A stretch of 63,479 bases of DNA, the filler included, from Saprolegnia diclina VS20 (Eukaryota), in the NCBI RefSeq assembly GCF_000281045.1. It is 4 parts of 2 records of this genome, joined end to end, with 100 filler letters (N's around TTAATTAATTAA, not from the genome) between each part and the next. Parts side by side here need not be neighbours in the genome. Positions count along the whole stretch, not along the records: positions 16,982 to 40,600 come from NW_008246129.1; positions 40,701 to 54,960 come from NW_008246129.1; 2 more parts are not named here. The stretch is one strand, 5' to 3'. Within the stretch, counting starts at the first letter, position 1; each line of letters begins with the position of its first letter. The notes below the pieces were generated by a model. The model did not search any database and was not told the origin of the DNA. It saw only the letters and a program-made list of their open reading frames with translations. Below are positions 36,520 through 48,490 of this stretch, piece after piece. A program made the position numbers and the translations under genes.

Positions 36520-37676
36520 ATGCGATCGACTTCGCCGGTGACCCGTGTGCTGTACCGCGAGTTGCTCCGGAGCGCCTATCTTCTCGACAAACACGCAGCA
36601 GTAAAGGCGCTTCTGTGCCCCAGCGAGATTGCTGACAATGCTATATGCTACAAGGCTGTCATGGGATTACACCAGCATCAACTGGTACATCTCGTGCTCC
36701 AGGACGACGGGGCCTCTCATTCACAAGATCTGCTGTAGTGTTACTGGCCGTACGAGTCGGCTACTCATCGCATGCGTGCACTCTTTCGAACGTCCCCAGC
36801 TTCATCAGAGGCGCTCGACGCAGCCTTCCGTGGTTTGCGCTACCTCAATGCCAAGCTGCATCTTGCTCGGGAGCACAATTTGCTGCACGTCGAGTCAGAC
36901 GAGCTACCCTCACGCCCTCCCCGCATTACAACGTAAGATAGCGTCGCCTCTCGCAACGGTTGACGCCTGTGAGTAGAACTATTCGTCGGGGCGTTTTTTT
37001 GATCGCTCACCCTCTGACCGTGCGGCCGTTTGAGCAGAGCGTGGTTCTGCTGACGCGCCACGACACAAAGGGCACGAAGGGCGTCATCATCAACGACAAA
37101 GGTGACGCGAAACAGTCGTCGCTTGGTAGCTACCCAGTCGAGAGTGCGCTTCAAACCGCTTTTCCGTCGCACCCGATTTTGTTTGGTGGTCCTGTTGCGA
37201 ACAACTCAATTCAGGTGCAACCTTCACGCATTCATAACCTATTCCTTACGTACTAGTATGTAGTTCTTGCATCAACACGCCGAGCTTGGTGGCAGTCTTG
37301 TAACGCCTGACGAAGTGGATACCCCGCTCTTCATTCAGCACGACCTCTCGCTGTTGGTCAAGCCTGCCCACGCCAACATCGACCGCAGCAAGGTGCAGTC
37401 GCACTGCTCATCTTGTCATCAGCCTTGTCAACCAAAGTTTCTATTGAATAGGTCACGTTCGTCCATGGCCATGCATCTTGGGTCCCAAAGCAGTTACAAC
37501 GCGAACTTGATACTGGTGGCTGGCTCATGGTGGAGGCACCTCTAGCGTTGGTGCTCAATCCACCAACAAACCTCTGGACGCATATGCTCCAAGAGCTCGG
37601 CGATGAACATGCTGCGATGAGTCGCATCCCGAGATCTGTCGACTTCAATGTGCCCCCCGAAGGCAAGACAATTTAG
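36520..37676 (+). CDS. DUF179 (YqgE/AlgH) domain protein with an LYR-like N-terminal domain
   Basis: GVFLIAHP...FEQSVVLL..H...GTKGVIIN, ILFGGPV and GHASW..KQLQRELDTGGW...LWTHML motifs. N-terminal VLYRELLR. Confidence 0.82.
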
Positions 37677-37701
37677 TAGTATCGTGAATATACGCTGGTA
37701 C

Positions 37702-39020
37702 TTATGCCTCCTTGAGCTGTTTTTGGAGCACGTAAATGAAAAAAGGTTTGGCAACACTCGGCGCGGCAGCGCTTGGCGAAAGTTCTTGGCACTCGAGAAT
37801 TTCCCACATGTGATGGTCCGAAGTTGTTGGCCAATCGAGGAGGCCGATGCGGTTGTTTGGGTTGCCATACGTTAGAAGAATCATGGCCCCCATCGGTTGC
37901 AGAAGCCGCATGCATTCACTCATGACGGCCGCGGCATCCGGGAAGTCGGCGGCGTTGTCACTTGTTAGCGTCTTCCAAACGTGCGTGCCGGTTGCGAGGT
38001 CAGTCTCGGGCGCCAAAAGCATCGTATCCAAGCAGCCTTTGTCGACGATACAAGCGACAGAGTTGTCGCCAAACCCTGTCATCTTGGTCATGTCGGCGGA
38101 TACAAAATGCACCGAGGAGTCCGCATATTTCGCTTGCATGTTCTTGACGACGTTGGCTGCGTAGTCGGTGGCCGTCACATTGCAGAACCTACGTCAAGGT
38201 ATCGTGCTGCTCGCGGGAATCTAACGTACCCGTCCTTCTCCATGTCAATGGGGAGCGTGCTCGCGCCACTGCCTGCGATAAGCACAGCGTCCGATGGCAC
38301 TGCGTAACGCCGAAAGAGGTCGCGCATGATCGCATACGAGCAGTACCAGTCGAATTCGTCTTCGTCTTCGTACCGGCTTTCCCAGTACGTTTGCTTTCCG
38401 AGCTGAATGAGCGAGATCTTGGTCGCGTGCGGTCGCACAATCTCGTCTCCAGCTGCCATTGTGGCCACTGGCCAAATCAGCGACAAAAGCTTGCCCGTGT
38501 CAACGCAAAAAAGTGGCGCGACTTGGACGTTATTGTTGCTCTTGCCACAACGCAGACTACCATAAAATGTCGTGAGGTGCGTAGTCCGAGAGACAAATTT
38601 GTACATTGCACCGACGTCATCAAGGACGTAGTGGTACAGGTCGGACGCATTGTGGCCAAACTTGATGCTGTACGCGCAATGCACAAGATTCACGACGATA
38701 TCATCCACCGTCGCCACCTCTGGCGCAAAGTGCGACGTGATCTTCTGAATCTTGTGGCGCAGAGTCTCGTTCGTTTCCAGCTCTTCGCGCGCGTTGCGAG
38801 CCGTCTGGAAGAGCCATGCATGATCGAGGACCCAAATGCCGCTCTCGGGCTCTGCGGATCTTGTTGCAACAATCCTCGTCTTGCCATCGACGACCTCGCG
38901 CCGCAGTAGCGGACAGCCATAGTCGTTGGAGAGAGCCTTGAGCAACGCTTCCTCGCGCAAGTGGATGGGAACATCGTAGTGGCTTAACTGAGCAGCATGC
39001 CGCTCCATGAGCTGCTCCAT
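37702..39020 (-). CDS. Fusion of a TTLL12-like SET domain and an EEF1AKMT4/METTL13-type class I methyltransferase
   Basis: N-half: H..QL...VP, IWVLDHAWLF..AR..L, YVLDDVG, SLIWPV..M..GDEIVR. C-half: YWESRY...FDWY, VLIAGSGAS, D(Y), ADMTKM and IVDKGCLDTML. Confidence 0.8.
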
Positions 39021-39119
39021 TACCATTGGAGCTTGTAACCAAGTGACAAGCGCCATCAATTTCGCTCGCAAGTATCCGGATATCAGACGAGTACCGCATA
39101 AACTGTGGGGAACTAACAA

Positions 39120-40480
39120 ACGTGCCTAATAAAAGCGAAGAAGAGAAGAAGAGAAGATCGACTTTGGAATGACGTCCCATCGTCTCATCGTCCCGTCGTC
39201 CCAAGGATTCCCTTGCGTCGTCCCATCGCCATGTCCTTCGAAAGCTGACCTTCTATCGTGGTTGAACGACAAAAATAGATGCCGCATAAAACCATTTGAT
39301 GTTTGTATAGGCCCCATAAAGGGGCCTATTTTCGGCCTAATTTCTACCAATAGCCGTGCGCTAAACCACCAGATACAATCCGGATACTTGTCAGCCAATG
39401 CCTATGCTCGATGAGGATCGCCAGCCAATGCCTATGCTCGATTTGTGATACTCGAATAGGCATTGGCCAGTGATCCCGCTAGACGGTTGCCACAAACTTT
39501 GTGGCAACCGTCTAGCTCTGCTGCAAGCTCATGACGACTACCCTTTAAATGGTGGGACTATAACACACGTGTGCCTGTTAAATCGAAGAAAGAGAAGAAA
39601 AGAAGGAGGAAGTTCGATATGACATGGCGATCTTGTGCAAGCGGTACTCTGCGCGCGGCGGGAGCTCATGGCGGATGCTCCTTTACATGCCATGCGTGGT
39701 TTACATGCTGGTGTTTGTATACCTGGGTGGCACCTTTTAAATGCGCCTATAAACTCTAATTTCTACCAATTAACGAGCGTAAAAGCCTTGTAGCCAATGC
39801 GGGTGTTGCACTGGGCGAACGCAACACCCGCACTGGTCAGTTTGGCCCCCTCACGCAGGTTTTTTGACCAATTAGAATCGTTGGCGCCGAGTCTAGAGAG
39901 CTGGGTATTGAACTCGAGCGTTTACTCGCGGAGTTCATCAACCCAGCAATCTGTGCTTACGCAATGATGCTGCTACTTTTCTTCGATAGTAATGCCCTGT
40001 GTGCGACCCGATATGGCGGCTCGTAGAGTCTCTAGTTATCACTACCCTACAGAAGCTCATAGATCACGACGAACTTCTTGAGCATCATGTACTGCCTAGT
40101 GTAGGTATTGCTCATGAGGATCGCGAGACCGTAGCTCGCGTTGATGCGTGTGGCAAGGCTGGCAGCTACCCGTGGAATCGATCGGAGCACCGACCACTGA
40201 TGAAGAACGATGGACTGTCCGTCAAGCCCTATTGGGTCACGGCTTTTACTGAGCAGCAGTAAAGCAAGCTCACTCGCGCTCCATGTCGCCAAGCACGAGT
40301 GTGCTGAAGCGCCAAAACGCTTGCGCGAAGATCGCGATCTGACGGCTTCGAACTTCGTGTTACCGAATTATTTCTTTTAGACCAATGCGGGTGTTGCATT
40401 TGGCAAAAAATCAGCCAATGCGGGTGCCCAAAGGCCGTGTTACGACGATTTTAGACCAATGCGCGTGCGGGATTTCGCCC
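39120..40480. repeat. Noncoding repeat/hairpin cluster, probably transposon-derived
   Basis: GAA-rich tracts at ~39135 and ~39585, TCGTCCC iterations, at least 6 CCAATGC motifs and three inverted repeats, including a perfect 39-bp palindrome at 39478-39516. Confidence 0.6.
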
Positions 40481-40600
40481 ACCACCTAATTGGTAGTCCC
40501 CAGATAAGCTCATGGCGTCCGCCCGTCGGTCGTGCACTGTTGTCGGGCTCAACGACCGGCAGCTCGACGACCAGCAGCTCGACGCGACTGACTGAAGCCT

Positions 40601-40700
40601 NNNNNNNNNNNNNNNNNNNNNNNNNNNNNNNNNNNNNNNNNNNNTTAATTAATTAANNNNNNNNNNNNNNNNNNNNNNNNNNNNNNNNNNNNNNNNNNNN
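40601..40700. other. Artificial contig join (TTAATTAATTAA at 40645-40656)
   Basis: 100-nt N block with spacer. Confidence 0.95.
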
Positions 40701-41104
40701 AACATCGATATCATCGATCCCCGCGCTAGAAACGGCAGTCTTGTTGACAACCGTGCTCGAGCAATCAATGATGAGGCGGTATTTCGCACGAAATGGTTTT
40801 TACCAAGTTGCATGGACGCTTTTGGGTTGGTTTCGAGGCTCGCACAGGCAGCTCGAGTGGCTCGAGCCGCCGTTCGGGCGATGGACGAGCTAAATCACGA
40901 AGCGTGAGTCGCCACGAGTGAAGATTGTAGCTGCTGCATGCATCCAAAGTTGAGTGATCTGGGGTAGCACTTTTCAATCGACGGTGTGGGAATCATTTGT
41001 GCGCCCCGGTGCGGTGGTCCGTGAAGTTGTCGGTGCGGGTTCCGAGCGAAAATTGTAGATCGGCATGCCACGTTTGGCGGTGTAGAACAGAGTCCTTCAA
41101 AAGT
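40701..41104. repeat. Dispersed repeat, copy 2 (contig end; includes head-to-tail junction)
   Basis: Matches 14081-14439 followed directly by 13773-13819. Confidence 0.9.
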
Positions 41105-41378
41105 GGGGCTACGAGAGCTGCCTCTGGCCAGCGCCTCGGAAAGCTGCATAAGAATAGCAGCCACGTTGTGTTCAAGAGACACTGGTTGTCGAACCCTCTG
41201 TGCGACTATGTCCCAATGAACGGCATCTCAATTGAGTCTGGTGTGTAGCTGCGGACATGAAGTCGATGTAACATCGTTAGGCACTCGCTACAAGAAATCA
41301 AGTCAGTCTTTTATCTCCTAGCAAATGTGCTATATTTATCGTCTTATCAACCCACTTGTTGTAGACAAGCCAAGCGAT

Positions 41379-43046
41379 ATGCTGTCCGCTCTTCCCGGGC
41401 AGCTGGTGCACGTGCCCAACGTCCACGGCGTCGACGTCCCTGCGCACGTGGTCGAGGCAACGCCCCGCAGCACGCGTGTTCGCTTTGACGACGACCAGTC
41501 GGTCGTGGCCGTCACGTCGTTCAAGGTATGAATGGGCGTCTTCTCAATTCTGGATAAAGTCGAGTTGCGTTAGATGGTTTATGCTCCCGGGGCATTCCTT
41601 TTAAAAGACGCCGCGACGATCGTCGGCGCCGACGTCGAGGTGACGCAACCCGACGGCGCGACCAAGCGCGGTGCCGTCAAGCAGTTTCATGCGGCGACGC
41701 AGTGCCATCTCGTGCGCTACGAGGCCGGTGGGAAAGACTGGATCGACCTCGACAAGTGCCACTTCAAGGTCTGCGTTGCCTGTGCGCCGTCACCGTGGTA
41801 CGTGGCGGGTGCTGAGATCGAGCTCTACTCGCTGCGCGCACCGCACACTTTTCAAGAGGGCGCCGTCGTCTGCCGCCACTTTGGCGCGACCGCGAGCCTG
41901 TACAACAACAGTCGAGGGACCTTTGAAATGCAGCCCGCGACGACGCCGCACAAGGTCGTGCTCCACGGCCTCCACGGCGGGCGCGATATCCCCGCGGGAT
42001 CCTGCGTCGAAATTTACAGCACCAGCCATGGCACCTTCCGCACTGGTACCCTTTGCCTCAAGAGCATCGATATGAGGATGTACTGCGTAGGCCACGTTTT
42101 GAAGCGAGCCTCGCAAGGCGCGCTCGTGCCCCTTCGGTTTCTCGACAGCGACACCCTCGAGTGGGTCGACCTCTCGAGCATGACGCTAAAACTCGTACTG
42201 TTTCCTGGCCAGCGCCCCGTCACAACGCTCCTGTCACCGCGCGGGTTTTCGTTTCCGACACTGCCGCCAGGCACGCATGTCGACGTCTACCGCGACGGAG
42301 GCTATTGCAAATGCTCGGTGGTCGCTGCCACGACCGCGCATCACGTCTACGAGATTCGAGATGCCCGAACCGACGCGCTCTTCCGCCTCGACCTTGCGCG
42401 CGCCAAGTGCAAAGTGCGCATTCCTCATTCGGCCGACCTGGCGCTCTTTCGCGACTTTGTCGTCGAAGTGTACGTCAAAGCCGCCCGACGCGTCGACACG
42501 GGGCGCGTCAGCGACGCGAATGTATCCACCAAAATGCTGCAGATCCGCTACGACGGCGGCCGCACCGACTGGGTGCACATTGCAACAACCAAAGTCAAAG
42601 TCCGACTCCCCAGAGACAGCGATGCTACCCCCGAAAGCCTAGCGGTCGCTACGAAGGGGACCAAACCACCGCTCTTGCGCGCGCAGAGCTCGACGCACGT
42701 GCTTCCGTCGCCTCCGCGCCCCTCACTCCTGCGACGCGCCGTCTCGTTTACGCGCAGCTTGCAGCGAACGCCGCTCGCGCTGCAACGGCGGGCGTCCATC
42801 ACGCCCAGAAAAGACGCCGAGTGGAAGATGCACATTGACCCGGCGACCCACCGAACGTGTTACGTTCACGTGCCGACCGGGCGTCAGCAGTGGCAACCGC
42901 CGCCCGACGCCGACCTCCACGAGCTCCAGTGGCTCGAGCCCGAGCCGTACGAAATCGCGGCAGATGTGAGCCCAATCCAGATCCCGGTCGGGCCGCTCGA
43001 GGCCGTGCGCCATAGTCGTCAAACGGGTCTGAGCACTGTGTCATAA
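41379..43046 (+). CDS. Protein with tandem Tudor/SH3-like beta-barrel repeats and a C-terminal WW domain
   Basis: Repeated G..VEV......G.V........VRY..G..DW..L....KV units and WW motif EWKMHIDPATHRTCYVHVPTGRQQWQPP. Intron ~41526-41573. Confidence 0.75.
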
Positions 43047-43056
43047 CAACAATCAA

Positions 43057-44666
43057 TTAGTTGACGCGCATTGCGACCCAGCGGTCCGAGCAGACCCCGG
43101 GGCTCTCGTCGTCGTCTACGTCCAAGCAAAACTCGAGGTACTCGAACACCATGGGGAGGGCAAGGAGGGGCGTCATATCTTCGTCGGGGCCTGTCGAGAG
43201 CCGCCATCCCGCGACCTGCGCGTCAAAGAGCTCCGTGCGGCGCATCGGCGGCACCTTGTGTAGCGGCGCGCCTGTCGCGACAGTGCCGCAGCACTCCCAC
43301 GAGACGCTGCGCGCCCGCAGAAATCGTCCGACGACATCGTCCTCGGGCGTGTGGTGCGAGTCGAGAAACGCGACGGCGCGCAAGGACGCGAGCGACGGCG
43401 GGTGCAAATGGAGAAAGTCCTGGACCGCGGTGCCGCCGTGGCCGTACGCTATCGCCACGACGTCGCGCGCCGTCGTCGCCGGCAGTAGCTGCGTCCAGAC
43501 GTACTTGATGTGCGCCTCGGGCGTCTCGTTGCCTTTGACCTACGTACTCGAGTGCATCGTTGCGTTTAATACCAGAGCACAGGCACCGTACCGGCACTTT
43601 GACGCGGCCGCGCCCCGTGGCAAAGATGTTGGAGTGCGTGCCCATGTCCAAGACGATGGTGCCAAAGCCTACAACCTCTCGTTTAAGCTGCAAAGCATGG
43701 CGACGTTGACGTACCGGTCGCGTGCGCTCGCACAAGGTAAGGAAGCATCGAGCCGCGTTCGGTGCCGAGCCTCGTACATCCGTGGCGGCTCCAAATGCCC
43801 GGCGGTGTGTGGGGACTTGCATTGCCAATGAGGAGGAGCAACTAGTTCTGTGAGGAGGTGAGAAGGACGCGATATGACAAACCTTGGACGCTCGCTGCCA
43901 GCCGTCCGACACGAAGACGTGGCACTTGGAGAGCGCCGTCTCGTGGGGCAGCGACAGCAGCTGCATGCCGAGTTGCGACGTCATGACGCGTTGGACCTCG
44001 GCGCCGAGCACGGCCAAGTCGGTTTCTTGTGGCACGAAATGCACGCTCTGGCTCAAATCCAGCGTCGACTCGCGCTGCGTCATGCGTTCGTCGAGCGACG
44101 ACTGCCGCCAAAGCATAAGCGATGGCCGCGTCATGTCGTCGGCCTCCTACGGCATGGCGTTTTGGCACAAATCGCAGCAACCCGAGAAGTACCACGAGCG
44201 ACGCGCAATGGTGCTCGAGCAAAAAGTCGATCCATCGCCACATGCCGTCGTCGCTCGTCGCGGCGAGCAGCACGCGCGTGTCCTTCGTTTTGAGCACAAA
44301 GCCTACGGCGTCGTCAGTGCATGTACGTTCATGGATTGAGTCGTCCTACAATGCGGGTGCACGCCGACGTCCTGGACTCGTATCCACGCATCGCGGTCTG
44401 TCAAGATCACCTAGTCATGGGATGGCTGCTGCATCGTCATGGTCCGCATCCAGTTCGTCTCTACCTCTGCTTGCGCCACGTTATGATGGACATCCGAGAT
44501 GCGCAGCACGCGAATGAGGCGGTGGGCATCGAGCTCGACGAGCCGTGGGCGCCAGTCCTACAAGCGCCCATGAGGCCGATCCCGCAGCGCCCGCCCGCAC
44601 CTCGTGTTCACGCCGGACGAGTAGCGTTCCGCGCAGCAGTGGCGTCGTCGTCGTCGTCGCTGCCAT
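43057..44666 (-). CDS. PH domain + Arb2/FAM172A-like alpha/beta-hydrolase-fold protein
   Basis: N-terminal LLRGTLLVRREHE|DWRPRLVEL...GFVLKT...LLAATSDDGMWRWIDFL (PH). Then EVQRVM..LGM, HVFVSDGW, LLLLIG...GIWSR, VAIAYGHGG and AVAFLDSHH (FAM172-like). Many short introns. Confidence 0.7.
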
Positions 44667-44741
44667 GAGGCGCAATGAAACTGAGTGTGTAACATTGGAA
44701 TAAAAACAGCGCCGATATTATTTTAATATAAAAAACCAATT

Positions 44742-45533
44742 CTACACGTCCGAGGCCAGCACGACGCTGTCCGCAGAGCAGAAGCTCACGTCCCGGGACG
44801 AGTCATGCTCGCTGCTGCCATTGTCATCGTCGAATACCATCGAGGCTTGAGCCGTGTCCAAGGCGGCAAAGTCGGCGATCGGAACGTCCTCCGAGTCGGC
44901 GCGGTTCATGCGGTTGAAGAACGCGACCTGCTTGGACGCGTCGAGGCCCATCGCAAGCAGGAGGTGCTTGACCCACACGTTCATTTCAAACTCGGTCATG
45001 GCTGACATGATGAGGCGGCGCGTCCGCGTGCGAACGGCGAAGCGCCACAGCGTCGCTTGGCGGCCGTTGAAGACCGAGTCGACCGGTAGCACCTCGATCG
45101 AATGCTCGTTGCAGTGCGAGAGGTCGATCTCGCCACGGAGCTTCTCGCCGTTCTGGCTGTAGTACCGAAGGCAGTTCCACGTGAGCACAAAGTGGCTCAG
45201 CGTCCATCGCTCGAGCCAGTGCTGCATGGGGCCGCGCCGCCGCCGGTACAGTACGCCCGAGTAGATGACGCCCTTCTGGCGCAGGTTGACGTCGTACGTG
45301 ACCGACTCTTCGAGGATCGGGATCGCATCCGGCCCGCTCTGGAACGACGGCATGTCGTCGACGGCGGTCGTCGCGCGGAGGTCCTCGAGGCTGAGCACCT
45401 TGGACTTGAGGCGCGGGTTCATGGCCGGCGTCGTGTGGCGCAGCTCCGCATAGTAGTCCGAGTCGGCGTCCGAGCACACAGAGAGCGACGACTTGGGCGG
45501 CTGGTAGCTCGATGCACGCTGGAGGTAGGTCAT
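44742..45533 (-). CDS. PH domain protein
   Basis: Intronless 263 aa: YSGVLYRR...WTLSHFVL...LRYY...LRGEIDL...FAVRT..RRLIMSA..EFEMNVWVKHL. Confidence 0.88.
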   Translation of the reverse strand: MTYLQRASSYQPPKSSLSVCSDADSDYYAELRHTTPAMNPRLKSKVLSLEDLRATTAVDDMPSFQSGPDAIPILEESVTYDVNLRQKGVIYSGVLYRRRRGPMQHWLERWTLSHFVLTWNCLRYYSQNGEKLRGEIDLSHCNEHSIEVLPVDSVFNGRQATLWRFAVRTRTRRLIMSAMTEFEMNVWVKHLLLAMGLDASKQVAFFNRMNRADSEDVPIADFAALDTAQASMVFDDDNGSSEHDSSRDVSFCSADSVVLASDV

Positions 45534-45974
45534 GCCAGGCGCAGATCAGACAGTAGCTTCGCCTCAAGAGCGAAACACGGTGCGTAATGTCCTTATCCGG
45601 ATGACCTCCGGATAAAACGCCGATAAACCAGCACGTCGACTGGCCTCTGCCAGCAAAATATCCAGCGCCGTCCATGTCGCGAGTCCATGACACGCTGCGA
45701 CGCGGGCGACGACGCCGGTACACATCATGGGTACACATGGCGGCGTGGACACCTTCAGCGCAACCGCCATGAGCCGCTTGCGGCCGCGCCGATCCTCGCG
45801 CGATCCAGCCGAGACATTGACCTGTAATCGCGAGTTACGTCGTAGCGCCGCCAGCCGTGGCAACGCCACTAATACCTGCGAAGCGTCATGTTTCACGCCA
45901 ACGGCGGGCAGTACGTTGGGTGGTCGGAGATGCAGGAGAAGATATGAAACATAGCTTAGCAGGCAAGCACCTCT

Positions 45975-47862
45975 CTACGCATCGACGTCGTCGTTGTCGT
46001 CTCGCGGAGGCTTCTCGATGGGCACATGCACGCGGTGCCACGCGTTGTTGAGCACGCCGCGCATGTTCCAGATCGGCGCGATCGTGTCGGGCTGCACGTT
46101 GTAGGACGAGTCGATGGCTTTGCACACGATGTTCAGCTCCTTCGTGTCGTCGGCCACATCGACATCGAGCGTCCACGGCGTCCACGCCCACGCTCGGTTG
46201 TAGCGCTGCGCCGTGGCTTCGGGCGCGAGCGTCGCTTCTTGCCATGTCTGGCCTCCGTCCAGCGAGACATCGACGCGGAGGATGTTGCGACCCCCACCGC
46301 TCCACGCATACCTAGTGTATAAAATGAGCGCTATCATCGCGGCAAGCCGTTACGCACCCTTTCACCGTGAGCACATCGACCTCGTCCGAGCCGTCGAGGG
46401 GCCATGGTCGCCCGCTCTTGGGCTCCGTGATCGCCGACTGCACCGGGAGCTCCTGGATCGACGCGCCGGCGAACCGATGAAAGTCCTCGGTCGCGTAGTC
46501 GACGTTGGGCGGGAACCCGCGGTAGTCCTTCTGTTGCCAAAAGCCGCCGTACTCGTCTTCCGAGATGACGATGCGACCGAGAAACTTGACGTTGCGAGCA
46601 CCGACGGTGCCAGGCACGATCGCCCGCAGCGGGTGCCCGTGGTCGCGCGGAATCGGCTCGTCGTTCATCGCGTAGGCGAGGAGCACCTCCTTGCGCTTGT
46701 CGAGCGCCGTCGCGAGCGGAATGGACGCGCCGTAGGCCTGGCCGGTAATGTCGCGGTCGAGCCCTTCAAGGTGGCAGTGCGCGAGGATCCCATCGTCATC
46801 GGAAACGCCATAGTGCGCCAGCACGTCCGAGAGGAGCACGCCCGTCCACTTGGCCGTCGAGAGCGCAGTCGTGTCCCTAGCGTTGCGATGCTTCAGTGAT
46901 ATTGCAGCAGGAGCCTACCAGCTGAGCCCGTTGACTTGCTTGATGTGCGACATCTCGGCGCGGCGGTTGCCAGCGCACTGGATCGTCGTGATGATCGTGT
47001 GCTCCTTGAACTTGGCCTTAAGGTCTTCGATGGAGAGCGCAATACCATCCTGGCCGTCGTCTAAACCACCTCAGCGCTACTGTTGCTGCGCATATGATAC
47101 TGTACCAGTGCGGAGACCAGGGCTGAACAGCTCGAGCTTGTGCGTTGCCGCGTCCACGTCCGGCACGGGCAGGTGGTTGCGCACGAAGAAGAGGTCGTTG
47201 GGCGTGATGAACGACTGCATGAGGAGCTCGGCCGGCGGCTCGCCGTTGAAGGGCTGGTGCGAGTTGACCTTCATCGCGGGGTGGCGCATCGGGTCGTTTG
47301 CGTACGGGCCGTCGCCAAACTTTTTCTTGCGCTCGTCTTCGAGCGCCTTGACGTCGGCCTCGTCGAGGTTGCCGACACGAAGGCTCTCGAGGATCTTGTG
47401 CACATCGCCGTGGTTGTGCGCCGCGTAAATCTGCCAGAACGGCTCGATGGACTTGCCGGCCGCGAGCAACAGCTTCGTGCCGCCCGGGTGCGCGCTGATA
47501 AAGTCCGTCGCGTCGTACACTCCGTGCTTGTAGACGACCCAGATGCCACCAGTTTTGGCGCTAACGTGCGTCGCGACGTCGGCCAGCGAGTACGTCGGCA
47601 GTCCTTCCTTGAACAGACCAGGAACGATGGCCGGTGTTGCATCTTCGCCCTCGGCGAGAGCGGGCGCGGCCTCGAGGTGCGTCGCGTCCGAGAGCATGTA
47701 TGAGAGACCGAGGAGGCCGAGACCGGACGCGAGGAGCGCAGGCGACCACTGCTTCATGTGCTCGCCGCTGGCTGCTGGCAACGCGCCAGCGTGAAGAGAG
47801 GCAGCAGACGACGCCCATCGCCGCAGCGCGGGCTTTTGGACCAGCGACTTGAGGCGAAGCAT
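45975..47862 (-). CDS. SUOX: Sulfite oxidase, mitochondrial (cytochrome b5 + molybdopterin + dimerisation domains)
   Basis: Presequence, b5 motif [49 protein letters not shown] and [11 protein letters not shown] motifs. Confidence 0.95.
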
Positions 47863-48490
47863 GACGACGACCTGAGTGGCGAAAGTGGTTCTTGGGATCT
47901 CGAAATAGGACGATGCTGAGAGAATTAACGAATTGAGACCCCTTGAGTTCGGTGCATGTCCTAATTCAAACACGCCATCAGGGATGTGGCGCTCAACCAC
48001 AAGAGCGAGACCATCTGCTAAACGCAATGCTTACCTTACCACCACACAACTGGGACGATTTGCTTCTTCTCCAGCCGCGTATAATACATACCGCGCCGAA
48101 GTCGCCTCGTGTATAACATGTCCAAAGCAGCGTTAAAGAACGAGCCCTACGTCGATGAGAGTCCCTTGTACGTGGTGAGTGTATTGGGTGCCCGTCTCGG
48201 CGCCAATCTGAGGCTTGGTTGAAGTTGCCGCCAACTGCATGTCCTTTCCAAGCTCTTTTATCGTTAATTGACCTTTTTCGTCATAATTCAAGGCGAAGAT
48301 TCGTGATCACATCCGAAACATCCTTAATGAGCAAGGCCGCCTGCACTTCAGCCTCCGAATCTGGCTCACAAATGCCCATGTCACAAACATTTATTTACCT
48401 GCACTTTATAATTGGAATCGTGAGCATACGCGTTTTCGAGCGCGAGGTTCAGATGCAAGTGCAACTTGAACTTTGCGTTCAAGCGACACG

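Noticed and set aside
39392..39442. 21-bp direct repeat pair resembling a mini-CRISPR
   Set aside because: Only two copies with a 9-nt spacer, in a eukaryotic context with no cas genes.
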